A stretch of 64,000 nt of DNA, taken from the NCBI GenBank assembly GCA_963822965.1, contig CAWGJT010000006.1:320001-384000 (forward strand), written 5' to 3'. The position numbers and the translations under genes were made by a program. The stretch is from an uncultured delta proteobacterium. GTDB taxonomy: Bacteria; Myxococcota_A; UBA9160; UBA4427. Shown here one piece after another: positions 1 to 8,724 of this stretch. Position 1 is the stretch's first letter. The number at the start of each line of letters is the position of its first letter. The notes under the pieces were generated by a model. It ran no database searches, was not told the DNA's origin, and worked only from the letters and a program-made list of their open reading frames with translations.

Positions 1-431
1 ATGCCGATCGCGCCGGCGGCCTCGGCCACCCGCGCGATCGCCCCCAGGTTCTGGGGATCCTCCACCCCGTCGAGCAGCAGCAGGCGGCGGTCGGGACCCG
101 GGGCGGCTGCCAGCAGCGCGTCGAGGCCCACCTCGGGCAGCGGCCCCGCCTCGAGCGCCATGCGCTGGGGGTTGCCCCGATCGTCCCGGGCGCGGATCTC
201 GCCGGGCGGCACCTCCTCCACCGGGACGCCCGCGGCGCGCGCCGCCTCGAGCACCGCCGGCAGGTCCGGGCCGCGCGCTCCTCTGCCGCTCGCGACCCGC
301 AGCCGGACGAGCTTCCGCCGGCGGGCCCGCAGCGCTTCCAGCACCACGTGGACGCCATCCAGATGCTCGTGGCGGTCTGCCGAGCCGCCTCGCCTGCCGC
401 CGGCCTTCCTGCCGCCCTGCCGTGCCGCCAA
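1..431 (-). CDS. rlmB: TrmH/SpoU-family RNA 2'-O-methyltransferase, RlmB-like (5' part; runs off window edge)
   Basis: Manual minus-strand translation gives HLDGVHVVLEALRARRRKLVRLRV...LLLLDGVEDPQNLGAIARVAEAAG (SPOUT motif 1); probable TTG start at 431 behind GGAG. Confidence 0.8.
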   Translation of the reverse strand, partial: MAARQGGRKAGGRRGGSADRHEHLDGVHVVLEALRARRRKLVRLRVASGRGARGPDLPAVLEAARAAGVPVEEVPPGEIRARDDRGNPQRMALEAGPLPEVGLDALLAAAPGPDRRLLLLDGVEDPQNLGAIARVAEAAGAIG

Positions 432-516
432 GCTCCGCTCCCGTGCGGGCTCGCTCGGGGAGCCCGCGCCCGCCCGCCCGGGTCGGGACGAGGGCGAGCC
501 TAACCCACGGGAGGCG

Positions 517-1797
517 TCAGCCCTCGAGACGGGCGCGCAGGTCCTGGACGGCCTCGAGGAAGATCTCGGGCTCCGGGATGCGGGGGTGGTTGCGCAGCTC
601 GAACTCGAGATAGGAGACGAGCTCGCCGAGCGCGGCGGCCACCGCCCCGACCCGGTCGCCCGCCAGCCGGAGCGCGCGTCGCGTGATCTCTTCGGGGTCG
701 AGCATGCCCGACGGACCGACGCGCAGGGAGGTCAGCAGCTCCGGATGGCGCTGGGCGCTGTCCTCCAGCAGGCCGTTCAGGCGCTGGGCGACGAGCGCGC
801 CGCCATCGAGGGCCACGATGGGTGCCGCCAGCTCCGCCAGCAGCTTCGCGTGATCCGTCACGCAGGCGCGGACGGCGTCGTCCTCGGGCTGCCGGAGGTC
901 GGCCGTCTCGAGCCGCGCGCGGCCGGTCTCCTCCCGGTCGATCCGCACCGCCCCGATCAGGCTCAGCAGCTGCAGGGTGCGAGCGCCGGACAGGGGGTCG
1001 AGCCCGACCCGCCGGCAGACCGAGTGGAAGTCGCACTCCCCCGTGAGCGCCTCGAGGAAGGCCCGCTCGTTGGCGGCCAGGGCGTTGGTCTCGGCGTGCA
1101 GGCTCCGCAGGCGTACGCGCGGATCTTCCACCATGGCGAGCATGCGGAAGAGCTCGTCCCGGCGCTGCAGCCCCTCGGCTACCAGGCGTCGGGTAGGAAG
1201 CGAGAGCCGCACCACGTTGTCCGGCTGCACCTCGCCCTCCCAGAAGTACACGATTCCGCCGGTGTACGAGAAGAGCGAACGCACGATGTCCTCGACCTGG
1301 GCCTTGACGCCGTTCCACAACGCCCGCGGCGTCAGGATGCCGCGCTGGACCAGCACCCGGCCGAAGCGCTGCGAAGGCTCGTAGGACTTCTCCGCCTGCC
1401 GCAGCTGCTCGAGGGTGAGCAGCCCGCCGCGAAGCAGGCTCTCGCCGAGGCGGTCGACGACCTGGTTCGAGGTGGCGAACACCACCTCACCGCGGTGCAG
1501 GTAGACGGACTTCTCGTGGTCGTCGCGCCGGAAGTAGAGAAAGCCCGACTTCCCCGAGCCGTGGATGACGTTGAGGATGTCGGCGAGCGGGAAGGCGCGC
1601 ACCTCGGCGGTGAGGACGAGGTCGCGGTCCCAGGGAATGGCGATCGGCGCGTCGGAACGGCTGCGCTCGAAGACGATGGAGCTCGTCCCCGCGTGCAGGA
1701 CGCGTACGGACTCGTCCTTCTCGAGGCCGAGCTGCTGGCGCTGCTCGTCGCTCAGCGTCAGGTCGCAGCCGAAGCCGCCCGCCGACAGCGCAGACAT
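517..1797 (-). CDS. DUF4388 (PatA-N-like) domain protein with N-terminal extension and helical C-terminal domain
   Basis: LADILNVIHGSGKSGFLYF..EKSVYLHRGEVVFATSN..DRLGESLLRGG..RFGRVLVQRGIL..QVEDIVRSLFSYTGG pattern; ATG with GGAGG/AAGG upstream. Confidence 0.75.
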   Translation of the reverse strand: MSALSAGGFGCDLTLSDEQRQQLGLEKDESVRVLHAGTSSIVFERSRSDAPIAIPWDRDLVLTAEVRAFPLADILNVIHGSGKSGFLYFRRDDHEKSVYLHRGEVVFATSNQVVDRLGESLLRGGLLTLEQLRQAEKSYEPSQRFGRVLVQRGILTPRALWNGVKAQVEDIVRSLFSYTGGIVYFWEGEVQPDNVVRLSLPTRRLVAEGLQRRDELFRMLAMVEDPRVRLRSLHAETNALAANERAFLEALTGECDFHSVCRRVGLDPLSGARTLQLLSLIGAVRIDREETGRARLETADLRQPEDDAVRACVTDHAKLLAELAAPIVALDGGALVAQRLNGLLEDSAQRHPELLTSLRVGPSGMLDPEEITRRALRLAGDRVGAVAAALGELVSYLEFELRNHPRIPEPEIFLEAVQDLRARLEG

Positions 1798-1966
1798 CCT
1801 TCCCTCCGATTCCTGTCGGATTCTTCGTCTTCCGAAAGCATCCCCTTGAGCAGACGGCTGCGTCCGCGATGCCGACCGACCTGCCGGCCCGACGCGCGGA
1901 ACGAGCCGGCTGCCTGCACTCAAGCTGCACCTGCGGCGGCCGATGCGGGAGCCAGGAGGGGGCACC

Positions 1967-2404
1967 ATGGAAGATCCGACCGGGCAGGATCCGCGCATTT
2001 CCGTCAGGCTACGCGCGCGCATCTCGACCATCGATCCGGAGACGGATCCCTTCACCGGAAAGCCCTTCTTCCGAACCTGCGACGAGACGTGCGCGAACGT
2101 CTCCCGGGGCGGCGCCTTCGTCGCCATGCGCGAGACGATCCCGCCCGGACGGAGACTTCTCGTGGAGCTGGAGATGCCCGGCGGTCGCCAGGTGCAGACG
2201 GTCGGTCGCGTGGCATGGACGCGTACGAGCCTGGGCCATCGTGCGCCCGCGGGGAAGACGCGCGAGAGCGGGATCGGAATCGAGTTCCTCGGAGGTCCGC
2301 GAGACGAGCTCGTTGCACTCGAGCGCTTCATCGCGCGATCGATCCGGCGACGGAAGCGCGATCGCGAGTCGCCGCCGGGATACGTTCCCGTCGACCCCGG
2401 CTGA
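1967..2404 (+). CDS. PilZ domain protein
   Basis: NVSRGG (D/NxSxxG) motif, GRVAW and GIGIEF strands; AGGAGG RBS. Confidence 0.8.
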   Translation: MEDPTGQDPRISVRLRARISTIDPETDPFTGKPFFRTCDETCANVSRGGAFVAMRETIPPGRRLLVELEMPGGRQVQTVGRVAWTRTSLGHRAPAGKTRESGIGIEFLGGPRDELVALERFIARSIRRRKRDRESPPGYVPVDPG

Positions 2405-2527
2405 AGACGCGAGGCGCGCGCACGCGAGCGACGCCGCCACGCGGGACATCGTGAGGCGCCCGCCACGGGCAACGCGCACGCAAAGCGCTTGAACGTGCGC
2501 CAGCCCAGCCGGTATGCTGCCTCTCCC

Positions 2528-2842
2528 ATGCGACCGCCCGGATCCTTCAAGATCTCTCGCCGCCCGCGCACACCGCGCGGCTCGGAAGGCCGTCCGCTCG
2601 ACCCCAGCGGCTACGGATACGGCCGTTGCCAGAAGATCGTCGACTCGCTGTGCAGCGAGATCCTCGAGGGCGAGAACCTGCGCATCCGCCAGATCTTCGA
2701 GCAGCCCCGGGCGATCTACCGGATCGAGCTCGACCGGCCCGATCTGAGCTACCAGCGAATGACCCTGCTCGACGAGGACACCCTCGAAGAGCTCCTCGAG
2801 ATCGACGAAGTGCGCAACCGCGTCGCGGAGGCCCTCCGCTAG
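2528..2842 (+). CDS. hypothetical protein (104 aa)
   Basis: GC3-biased ORF with protein-like composition; TATGCT -10-like hexamer upstream. Confidence 0.65.
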   Translation: MRPPGSFKISRRPRTPRGSEGRPLDPSGYGYGRCQKIVDSLCSEILEGENLRIRQIFEQPRAIYRIELDRPDLSYQRMTLLDEDTLEELLEIDEVRNRVAEALR

Positions 2843-2992
2843 GAGCGCGACCCAAGACGAGGTCGCGGGGTCGCGGTTCCGCCGCAAAGGGAGCCCAACG
2901 GGCTCCCTCGGCTGGATCCGGGCGGCGGAAGGCCGCGCGTCCGCGGGAGCGAGCCGAAGTCCGGGACTTCGGCCGCCGCGGAGGAGAAGCGG

Positions 2993-3074
2993 TGCCCGGG
3001 GTAGGACTCGAACCTACACGGCCGTGGGCCAGGCGATTTTAAGTCGCCCGCGTCTACCTTTTCGCCACCCGGGC
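2993..3074 (-). tRNA. tRNA-Leu (anticodon TAA); CCA not encoded
   Basis: Reverse complement GCCCGGG acceptor stem, GGCGA-CTTAAAA-TCGCC anticodon arm, long variable arm, GGTTCGAGTCC T-loop. Confidence 0.95.
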
Positions 3075-3131
3075 AGACCTGAGGGTCACCCAGTCTATAC
3101 TGCGGCCGTCCGAAAGGGGAGCTTGCCCGCA

Positions 3132-3932
3132 ATGTTCCACGGGAAGAAGATCGTCGTCGTCATGCCCGCCTTCAACGCGGCCAGGACGCTCGAGCAGACC
3201 TACGCCGAGGTCCCGCTCGATCTCGTGGACGAGGTGGTGGTGACGGACGACGCGAGCTCGGACGAGACGGTGGCCGTCGCGCGCCGCCTCGGCCTGCGGA
3301 CGCTCGTGCACGAGAGCAACCGGGGCTACGGCGCCAACCAGAAGACCTGCTACACGGAGGCGCTCCGCCTCGGCGCCGACGTCGTGGTGATGCTCCACCC
3401 CGACTACCAGTACACCCCGAAGCTGCTGGCGCCGATGATCGGCATGATCACCGACGGCCCCTTCGACGCGGTGCTGGGCTCGCGAATCCTCGGCGGCAGC
3501 GCTCGAGCCGGCGGCATGCCGCTCTACAAGTACGTCTTCAACCGCTTCCTGACGGCCACCCAGAACCTGCTCGCCGGCGCGAAGCTCTCGGAGTACCACA
3601 CCGGCTACCGGGCGTTCTCCCGCGAGGTGATCGAGCGCCTGGCGCTGCACGAGAACTCGGACGACTTCGTCTTCGACAACCAGATGCTCGCGCAGATCCT
3701 GCACGCCGGATTCAAGATCGGCGAGGTGAGCTGCCCGGCCGCCTACTTCGACGATGCCTCGTCGATCAATTTCTTGCGGTCGGTCAAGTACGGGCTGGGG
3801 GTGCTCGCCGTCTCGGTGCAGCTCTTCCTGCAGCGCAAGGGGCTCGCCTCGTTCGCGATCTTCGACCCGAAGGGCCGGAGGCTCGAGGCCGGGACTGTTT
3901 CGGCGACTCGCCAGGGCGAGTCGCTGGGCTGA
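3132..3932 (+). CDS. glycosyltransferase family 2 (polyprenol-phosphate glycosyltransferase-like)
   Basis: VVVMPAFNAA, VVTDDASSD, NRGYGANQK, HPDYQY, VLGSR, EYHTGYRAF motifs. Confidence 0.9.
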   Translation: MFHGKKIVVVMPAFNAARTLEQTYAEVPLDLVDEVVVTDDASSDETVAVARRLGLRTLVHESNRGYGANQKTCYTEALRLGADVVVMLHPDYQYTPKLLAPMIGMITDGPFDAVLGSRILGGSARAGGMPLYKYVFNRFLTATQNLLAGAKLSEYHTGYRAFSREVIERLALHENSDDFVFDNQMLAQILHAGFKIGEVSCPAAYFDDASSINFLRSVKYGLGVLAVSVQLFLQRKGLASFAIFDPKGRRLEAGTVSATRQGESLG

Positions 3933-4310
3933 GGGCTCCTTCGGCGACTCGCCAGGGCGAGTCGCTGGGCTGAGGGCTCCTTCGGCGACTCGCCAGGGCG
4001 AGTCGCTGGGCTGAGGGCTCCTTCGGCGACTCGCCAGGGCGAGTCGCTGGGCTGAGGGCTCCTTCGGCGACTCGCCAGGGCGAGTCGCTGGGCTGAGGGC
4101 TCGTTCGGCGACGCGCCAGGGCGAGTCGCTGCGCTGAGGGCTCCTTCGGCGACCCGCCAGGGCGAGTCGCTGCGCTCGGGGCTCGTTCGGCGACGCGCCA
4201 GGGCGAGTCGCTGCGCTGAGGGCTCCTTCGGCGACCCACCAGGGCGAGTCGCTGCGCTCGGGGCTCGTTCGGCGACGCGCCGGGGCGCGTGGCTGCGCCG
4301 AGGAGTCGGG
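3899..4310. repeat. tandem array of ten 41-bp units, each with a GCGACTCGCC/GGCGAGTCGC hairpin
   Basis: Unit CGGCGACTCGCCAGGGCGAGTCGCTGGGCTGAGGGCTCCTT starts at 3901, 3942, 3983, 4024, 4065, 4106, 4147, 4188, 4229, 4270. Confidence 0.97.
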
Positions 4311-4311
4311 G

Positions 4312-4385
4312 TGGAGGCGGCGCCCGGATTCGAACCGGGGATCAGGGCTTTGCAGGCCCATGCCTTACCACTTGGCCACGCCGCC
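4312..4385 (-). tRNA. tRNA-Cys (anticodon GCA), CCA encoded
   Basis: Reverse complement GGCGGCGTGGCCAAGTGGTAAGGCATGGGCCTGCAAAGCCCTGATCCCCGGTTCGAATCCGGGCGCCGCCTCCA. Confidence 0.97.
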
Positions 4386-4451
4386 GCGGACCGAGGGGGT
4401 ACCGCGCGGCACGCGTGGAGTCAATTTCCAGAACCGCTACGGTCGGGCGCC

Positions 4452-4826
4452 GTGAGGTGGCTGATTCTCTTCCTGGGCGGGGGCACCGGCGCGATGCTGC
4501 GCTTCGCGGTGGCGCTCTGGGTCGACGAGCGCGCCCAGACGAGCTTTCCCTGGGGAACCTTCGCGGTGAATGCCATCGGCTGCTTCGTCATCGGCCTGCT
4601 GGCGACGATCGCCGACGAGCACCGGCTGCTGAACCCGGCCGCCCGGCTCTTCACCGTGGCCGGGCTGCTCGGCGGCTTCACCACCTTCTCGACCTTCGGG
4701 CTGGAGACCTGGCGACTCGTCGAGGAGGGGATGCCGGGGCTGGCCCTCACCAACGCGCTCGGCAGCCTGGGTGCCGGAATCGTGGCCGTGATCCTGGGCG
4801 TCCTGCTGGGCCGCGCCGTCGCCTGA
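4452..4826 (+). CDS. crcB: fluoride efflux channel CrcB/FluC
   Basis: GGGTGAMLRF, FPWGTFAVN, GLLGGFTTFSTF motifs; 124 aa, four TM segments. Confidence 0.93.
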   Translation: MRWLILFLGGGTGAMLRFAVALWVDERAQTSFPWGTFAVNAIGCFVIGLLATIADEHRLLNPAARLFTVAGLLGGFTTFSTFGLETWRLVEEGMPGLALTNALGSLGAGIVAVILGVLLGRAVA

Positions 4827-4835
4827 GCCGGCCCG

Positions 4836-5306
4836 TCAGGCCCCGAGATCCGGCAGGGGCTCCACGCCGCCTCCGATGTAGAGGGAAGCGCCGTCGTCGC
4901 CCAGGGCGTTGAGCAGCTCCGCGTGGGCGGCGTGGCGGAAGCGCGCGAGCAGCCCTCCCTCCACCCCGTCCTGCTTCACCCGGCACAGCAGCGCCCCGTC
5001 CCGGGGCGAGACGCGCAGCGACGACACGTCGAGGCACTCGCTGCTCCGATCCGAGAGCAGGATCTCGCCGGTCTCCGGGTCGAAGAGGCGCACGAAGAAG
5101 GCCGCCTCCTCCACCTCGATCTCGCCCCGGAAGCGCCCGATCTGGACGACGTACTTGTCCTCGCCGGGCAGGTAGCGGACGGCCCGATCGAAGCGCTCCC
5201 GCAGCTTGCGGTTGCGCAGGGGCTGCCCTTCGTGGGTCCAGCGGCCATCGTGGTGGAGCACCAGCCCGAAGGGCCGCAGCGGAGGCGGTCCCGGCGGACC
5301 GTTCAC
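4836..5306 (-). CDS. hypothetical protein, DUF1285-like
   Basis: DGRWTHEGQP...IEVEEAAFFV pattern; GTG overlaps the upstream stop. Confidence 0.6.
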   Translation of the reverse strand: MNGPPGPPPLRPFGLVLHHDGRWTHEGQPLRNRKLRERFDRAVRYLPGEDKYVVQIGRFRGEIEVEEAAFFVRLFDPETGEILLSDRSSECLDVSSLRVSPRDGALLCRVKQDGVEGGLLARFRHAAHAELLNALGDDGASLYIGGGVEPLPDLGA

Positions 5307-5539
5307 CCCACGGGCTCCGGCTCGAGGCTGCCGTCCTCGCCCACCCGGAACACGCCGGCCAGGTCGTAGCGCTCCCACAAGACCAGGCGCAGGCGACGCC
5401 CGTGCCGGTCGCGGTAGATCCACTTCTCGTTCCACGTGACGCCGTGCTCGTGCTGCGTACGGGGATCGTTGACGCTTCCCACCTGCTCCTGGGGCGCGCC
5501 GAAGCGATGCCAGATCGTCGCGCGATCGGGGCCGCTCAT
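5303..5539 (-). CDS. small hypothetical protein (78 aa) coupled to nuoD
   Basis: MSGPDRATIWHRFGAP...NEKWIYRD; ATGA overlap with nuoD stop and GTGA overlap with next gene. Confidence 0.7.
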   Translation of the reverse strand: MSGPDRATIWHRFGAPQEQVGSVNDPRTQHEHGVTWNEKWIYRDRHGRRLRLVLWERYDLAGVFRVGEDGSLEPEPVG

Positions 5540-6801
5540 CGGTCGCACTCGCCTCCGATCATGTTCACCATGTCGAAGGTGGGGATGAGGTCCGCCAGCA
5601 GGCCGCCCTTCACCATCCGCGGCAGGGGCTGCAGATTGATGAAGCTCGGCGGACGGCAGCGCACCTTCACGGGCCGCTCGGAACCGTCGGAGACGAGATA
5701 GAAGCCGAGCTCCCCGTTGGCCGACTCGGTGGCCAGATAGGCCTCGCCGGCCGGCACCCGCGGCCCCTCCGTCACGGACTTGAACTGTCGGATCAGCTCC
5801 TCCATGCGGTTGAAGACGCGCGACTTGGCGGGCCAGCGCACCCGGGGATCCTGGACGTCGACCGGCCCCTCCCCCATCAGGTCGAGACGCCGCAGGCACT
5901 GCTCGACGATGCGCAGGCTCTGGCTCATCTCCTCCACGCAGACCAGGTAGCGATCGTAGTTGTCCCCGACGCTGCCGATGGGAACGTCGAAGTCGATCTC
6001 CTCGTAGGTGAGGTACGGCTCGGCCTTGCGCACGTCCAGGGGCACTCCGGCGGCGCGCAGCAGCGGGCCCGTGACCGCGTAGCGGATGCACTCCTCCTTG
6101 GAGATGCCCCCCGTTCCGCGCAGCCGGTCCACGAAGATGCGGTTGCGCGTGACCACGTCGTCGAAGTCCTTGAGGAGCCGGCGGATGCGGACCAGGTTCT
6201 CCCGCGCCTGGGCGCCGAAGCCCGCCGGCACGTCGTGGGCCACCCCGCCGATGCGGATGTAGTTCGACGTGACGCGCGCTCCGCACATCGACTCGAGCAG
6301 GTCCCACACCAGCTCGCGGGCCTCGATGCCGTAGAGGAACGGCGTCATCGCCTGCAGCTCCAGGCAGGTGGCGCCGCAGCGCGTGAGGTGGTCGCCCAGC
6401 CGGGAGAGCTCGCTCGAGAGCACCCGCAGCCACTGGCAGCGCAACGGGGTCTCGATCTCCAGCAGCTTCTCGACGGCGAGACAGAAGCCGACGTTCGCGA
6501 GGATGGCGGAGTTGTAGTTCAGGCGGTCCGTGTACGGGATGGCCTGGTACCAGCTGCCGCTCTCACACTCCTTCTCGAAGCCGCGGTGCAGGTAGCCCAC
6601 CTGAACGTCCAGCCCGACGATGGTCTCGCCGTCGAGCTCGATCAGGAACTTGACCGTGCCGTGGGTGGCCGGGTGGGAGGGCCCCATGTTGAGGCGCTGG
6701 TGCTGGGTGTGCAGGTCGCGCTCGAGATCGTCCGCCCCGGTCTCGCGGGTGCGCTCGGTGAGCAGGTGGGGCTCGGCGCCGCGGTCGTGCGCGTGTGCCA
6801 T
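5536..6801 (-). CDS. nuoD: NADH-quinone oxidoreductase subunit D
   Basis: NMGPSHPATHG, GYLHRGFEK, YTDRLNY, RPPSF, C-terminal GECDR. Confidence 0.95.
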   Translation of the reverse strand: MAHAHDRGAEPHLLTERTRETGADDLERDLHTQHQRLNMGPSHPATHGTVKFLIELDGETIVGLDVQVGYLHRGFEKECESGSWYQAIPYTDRLNYNSAILANVGFCLAVEKLLEIETPLRCQWLRVLSSELSRLGDHLTRCGATCLELQAMTPFLYGIEARELVWDLLESMCGARVTSNYIRIGGVAHDVPAGFGAQARENLVRIRRLLKDFDDVVTRNRIFVDRLRGTGGISKEECIRYAVTGPLLRAAGVPLDVRKAEPYLTYEEIDFDVPIGSVGDNYDRYLVCVEEMSQSLRIVEQCLRRLDLMGEGPVDVQDPRVRWPAKSRVFNRMEELIRQFKSVTEGPRVPAGEAYLATESANGELGFYLVSDGSERPVKVRCRPPSFINLQPLPRMVKGGLLADLIPTFDMVNMIGGECDR

Positions 6802-6802
6802 C

Positions 6803-7354
6803 TCAGCTCCCGGGGCCGATCAGGGGCTGCCGACCCGTCTTGGGATAGTCCTTGCGGAGCGGGTGTCCCTCGAACTCCTCGTAGAGCAGGATGCGCCGCA
6901 GGTCCGGGTGGTTCCGGAAGCGGACGCCGTAGAGGTCGAAGACCTCCCGCTCCATCCAGTTGGCCGAAGGCCAGATCGAGACCGCGGAGTCGACCTCGCA
7001 ATCACCCACATCCACGCCCACCTTCACGCGGACGCGGTGGTTCCGGCCCAGGGAGTACAGGTGGTAGACCACCTCGAAGCGCGGGCTGCGGGGGCCGTCC
7101 CGCCGCGCCGAGTGGTCGACGGCGGTGACGTCGGTCAGCATGTCGAAGTCCAGGGCCGGGTCCTCTCGGAGGAAGCCCAGCACGTCCAGGAGGCGATCGC
7201 GGGCGACCACCACGGTCTCGTCGCCGTGCTGCCGGTGCTCGGACAGGATCGCGTCCGCCAGCTCGGCGCGCAGGCGGGCCAGCACGACGGCGGCGGACGC
7301 CGAAGAGCCCCCGGTCCCGGACGGGGCCGGCGCCGCAGGTGTCTCGTCGCTCAC
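6803..7354 (-). CDS. nuoC: NADH-quinone oxidoreductase subunit C
   Basis: FDMLTDVTAVD, RFEVVYHLYS, ANWMEREVFDLYGVRF, HPDLRRILL..GHPLRKDYP. Confidence 0.95.
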   Translation of the reverse strand: MSDETPAAPAPSGTGGSSASAAVVLARLRAELADAILSEHRQHGDETVVVARDRLLDVLGFLREDPALDFDMLTDVTAVDHSARRDGPRSPRFEVVYHLYSLGRNHRVRVKVGVDVGDCEVDSAVSIWPSANWMEREVFDLYGVRFRNHPDLRRILLYEEFEGHPLRKDYPKTGRQPLIGPGS

Positions 7355-7941
7355 GGCCCCACCTCCTCGGCCCGGCGTACGACCGCCGCGCCCTCCCGGT
7401 CGTACTCGCGCCGCAGGAAGCGCAGCCGTCGCTCGACGAGGCTCGCCGGCACCAGCAGCTGCTCCTTGTGGAAGTGCATCGAGTCGCGGTCGAAGGCCGC
7501 GATCTCCACCTCGGGGCTCATGACGATCGCCTCCTCGGGACACGCCTCCTCGCAGAGGCCGCAGAACATGCAGCGCGACATGTCGATGTCGAAGGTCTCG
7601 GGATATCGCTCGATGCCCGCATCCGGGAGCTCTCCGGGGACGATCGAGATGCAGTCCGTGGGGCAGGCGAACTCGCAGAGCCCGCACGCCACGCAGCGCG
7701 GGGCACCGTCCTCCAGCGCCACGAGCACCGGCATGCCGCGAAACGCCGCCGGATGGTCGACGCGCTCCTCGGGATACTGGACGACGAAGTCGCTGCGGTT
7801 GCGGCCCGTGACGAAGCCACGCAGATTGCGGAAGAAGTGCCGCGCCGTCACGGCGAGGCCCTTCACCAGCATCGGAACGTAGAGTCGCTCGAGCCAGCCG
7901 AGCTTCTCGCGGCGCTTGACGCGGATCACCTTCCCCGGCAT
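7351..7941 (-). CDS. nuoI: NADH-quinone oxidoreductase subunit I (2x[4Fe-4S])
   Basis: QYPEER, CVACGLCEFACP and CMFCGLCEEACP ferredoxin motifs. Confidence 0.93.
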   Translation of the reverse strand: MPGKVIRVKRREKLGWLERLYVPMLVKGLAVTARHFFRNLRGFVTGRNRSDFVVQYPEERVDHPAAFRGMPVLVALEDGAPRCVACGLCEFACPTDCISIVPGELPDAGIERYPETFDIDMSRCMFCGLCEEACPEEAIVMSPEVEIAAFDRDSMHFHKEQLLVPASLVERRLRFLRREYDREGAAVVRRAEEVGP

Positions 7942-8010
7942 GGGCGCTCAACGTAGCCCGGATCCGCTCGCCGTTCCCGAGGACGCCGCAAAGAAGGTCC
8001 GAACGGGCTC

Positions 8011-8709
8011 TCAGGCGACCGCGTCCGCCGCCGGGAGCGGCGCGGCGCCCGGCGCGAACGCCCTCGCGAAGGTGCGGCCCACCTGCTCGCGCACGTGCCG
8101 GTCGAGGGCGGGCGTCCCGCAGACCCCCAGCTCCCGGGCGACGGACGTCATCTCGACGTCGCGCAGGCCGCACGGCACGATCACCTCGAAGCCCTGGAGG
8201 TCGAGGCTCACGTTCAGCGCAAAGCCGTGCCAGGTCACCCAGTGGCGCAGGCCGACGCCGATGGAGCCGAGCTTGCGGGCCGGTCCGGCCCCGGCGGCGG
8301 CGAAGACGCCGGTGCGGCCGGCCACCCGCCGGGCCGGGAGGCCCAGACCGGCGAGCGCGTCGATCAGCGCCTGCTCCACCCGCCGGAGGAAGCGATGGAC
8401 GTCCGGCACCCCCCGCGTCGCCAGGTCGACGACCAGGTAGCCGACGAGCTGCCCCGGGCCGTGGAACGTGACGTCGCCCCCCCGACGCGCACGGAAGAGC
8501 TCGACGCCGCGGGCGGCCAGCTCGGCCTCGGACACCAGCAGATGCTCCCGTCGCGCGGCGCTCCCCAGGGTGACCACGGGCGGGTGCTCGAGCAGGAGGA
8601 GCCGGTCGCCCCGGATCCCGCGCCGTCGATCCGCGACCGCCTGCGCCTGCCGGGACAGCGCCTGCCCGTACGGCACGCAGCCGAGCCACTCGACGTCCAG
8701 GCCGTCCAC
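8011..8709 (-). CDS. lipB: lipoyl(octanoyl) transferase
   Basis: LLLEHPPVVTLG, RGGDVTFHGPGQLVGY, KLGSIG, HGFALNV, IVPCG. Confidence 0.95.
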   Translation of the reverse strand: MDGLDVEWLGCVPYGQALSRQAQAVADRRRGIRGDRLLLLEHPPVVTLGSAARREHLLVSEAELAARGVELFRARRGGDVTFHGPGQLVGYLVVDLATRGVPDVHRFLRRVEQALIDALAGLGLPARRVAGRTGVFAAAGAGPARKLGSIGVGLRHWVTWHGFALNVSLDLQGFEVIVPCGLRDVEMTSVARELGVCGTPALDRHVREQVGRTFARAFAPGAAPLPAADAVA

Positions 8710-8724
8710 GGGGGTCGCCCCTCG

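Noticed and set aside
3899..4310. CRISPR array
   Set aside because: Segments between hairpins are only ~15 bp and near-identical rather than unique spacers; no cas genes or AT-rich leader seen
2993..4385. Genomic island or prophage integrated at the tRNAs
   Set aside because: No integrase and no duplicated tRNA 3' end found in the window
4386..4451. Fluoride riboswitch upstream of crcB
   Set aside because: The gap is only 66 bp, shared with the tRNA promoter, and the conserved riboswitch 5' motif was not recognisable
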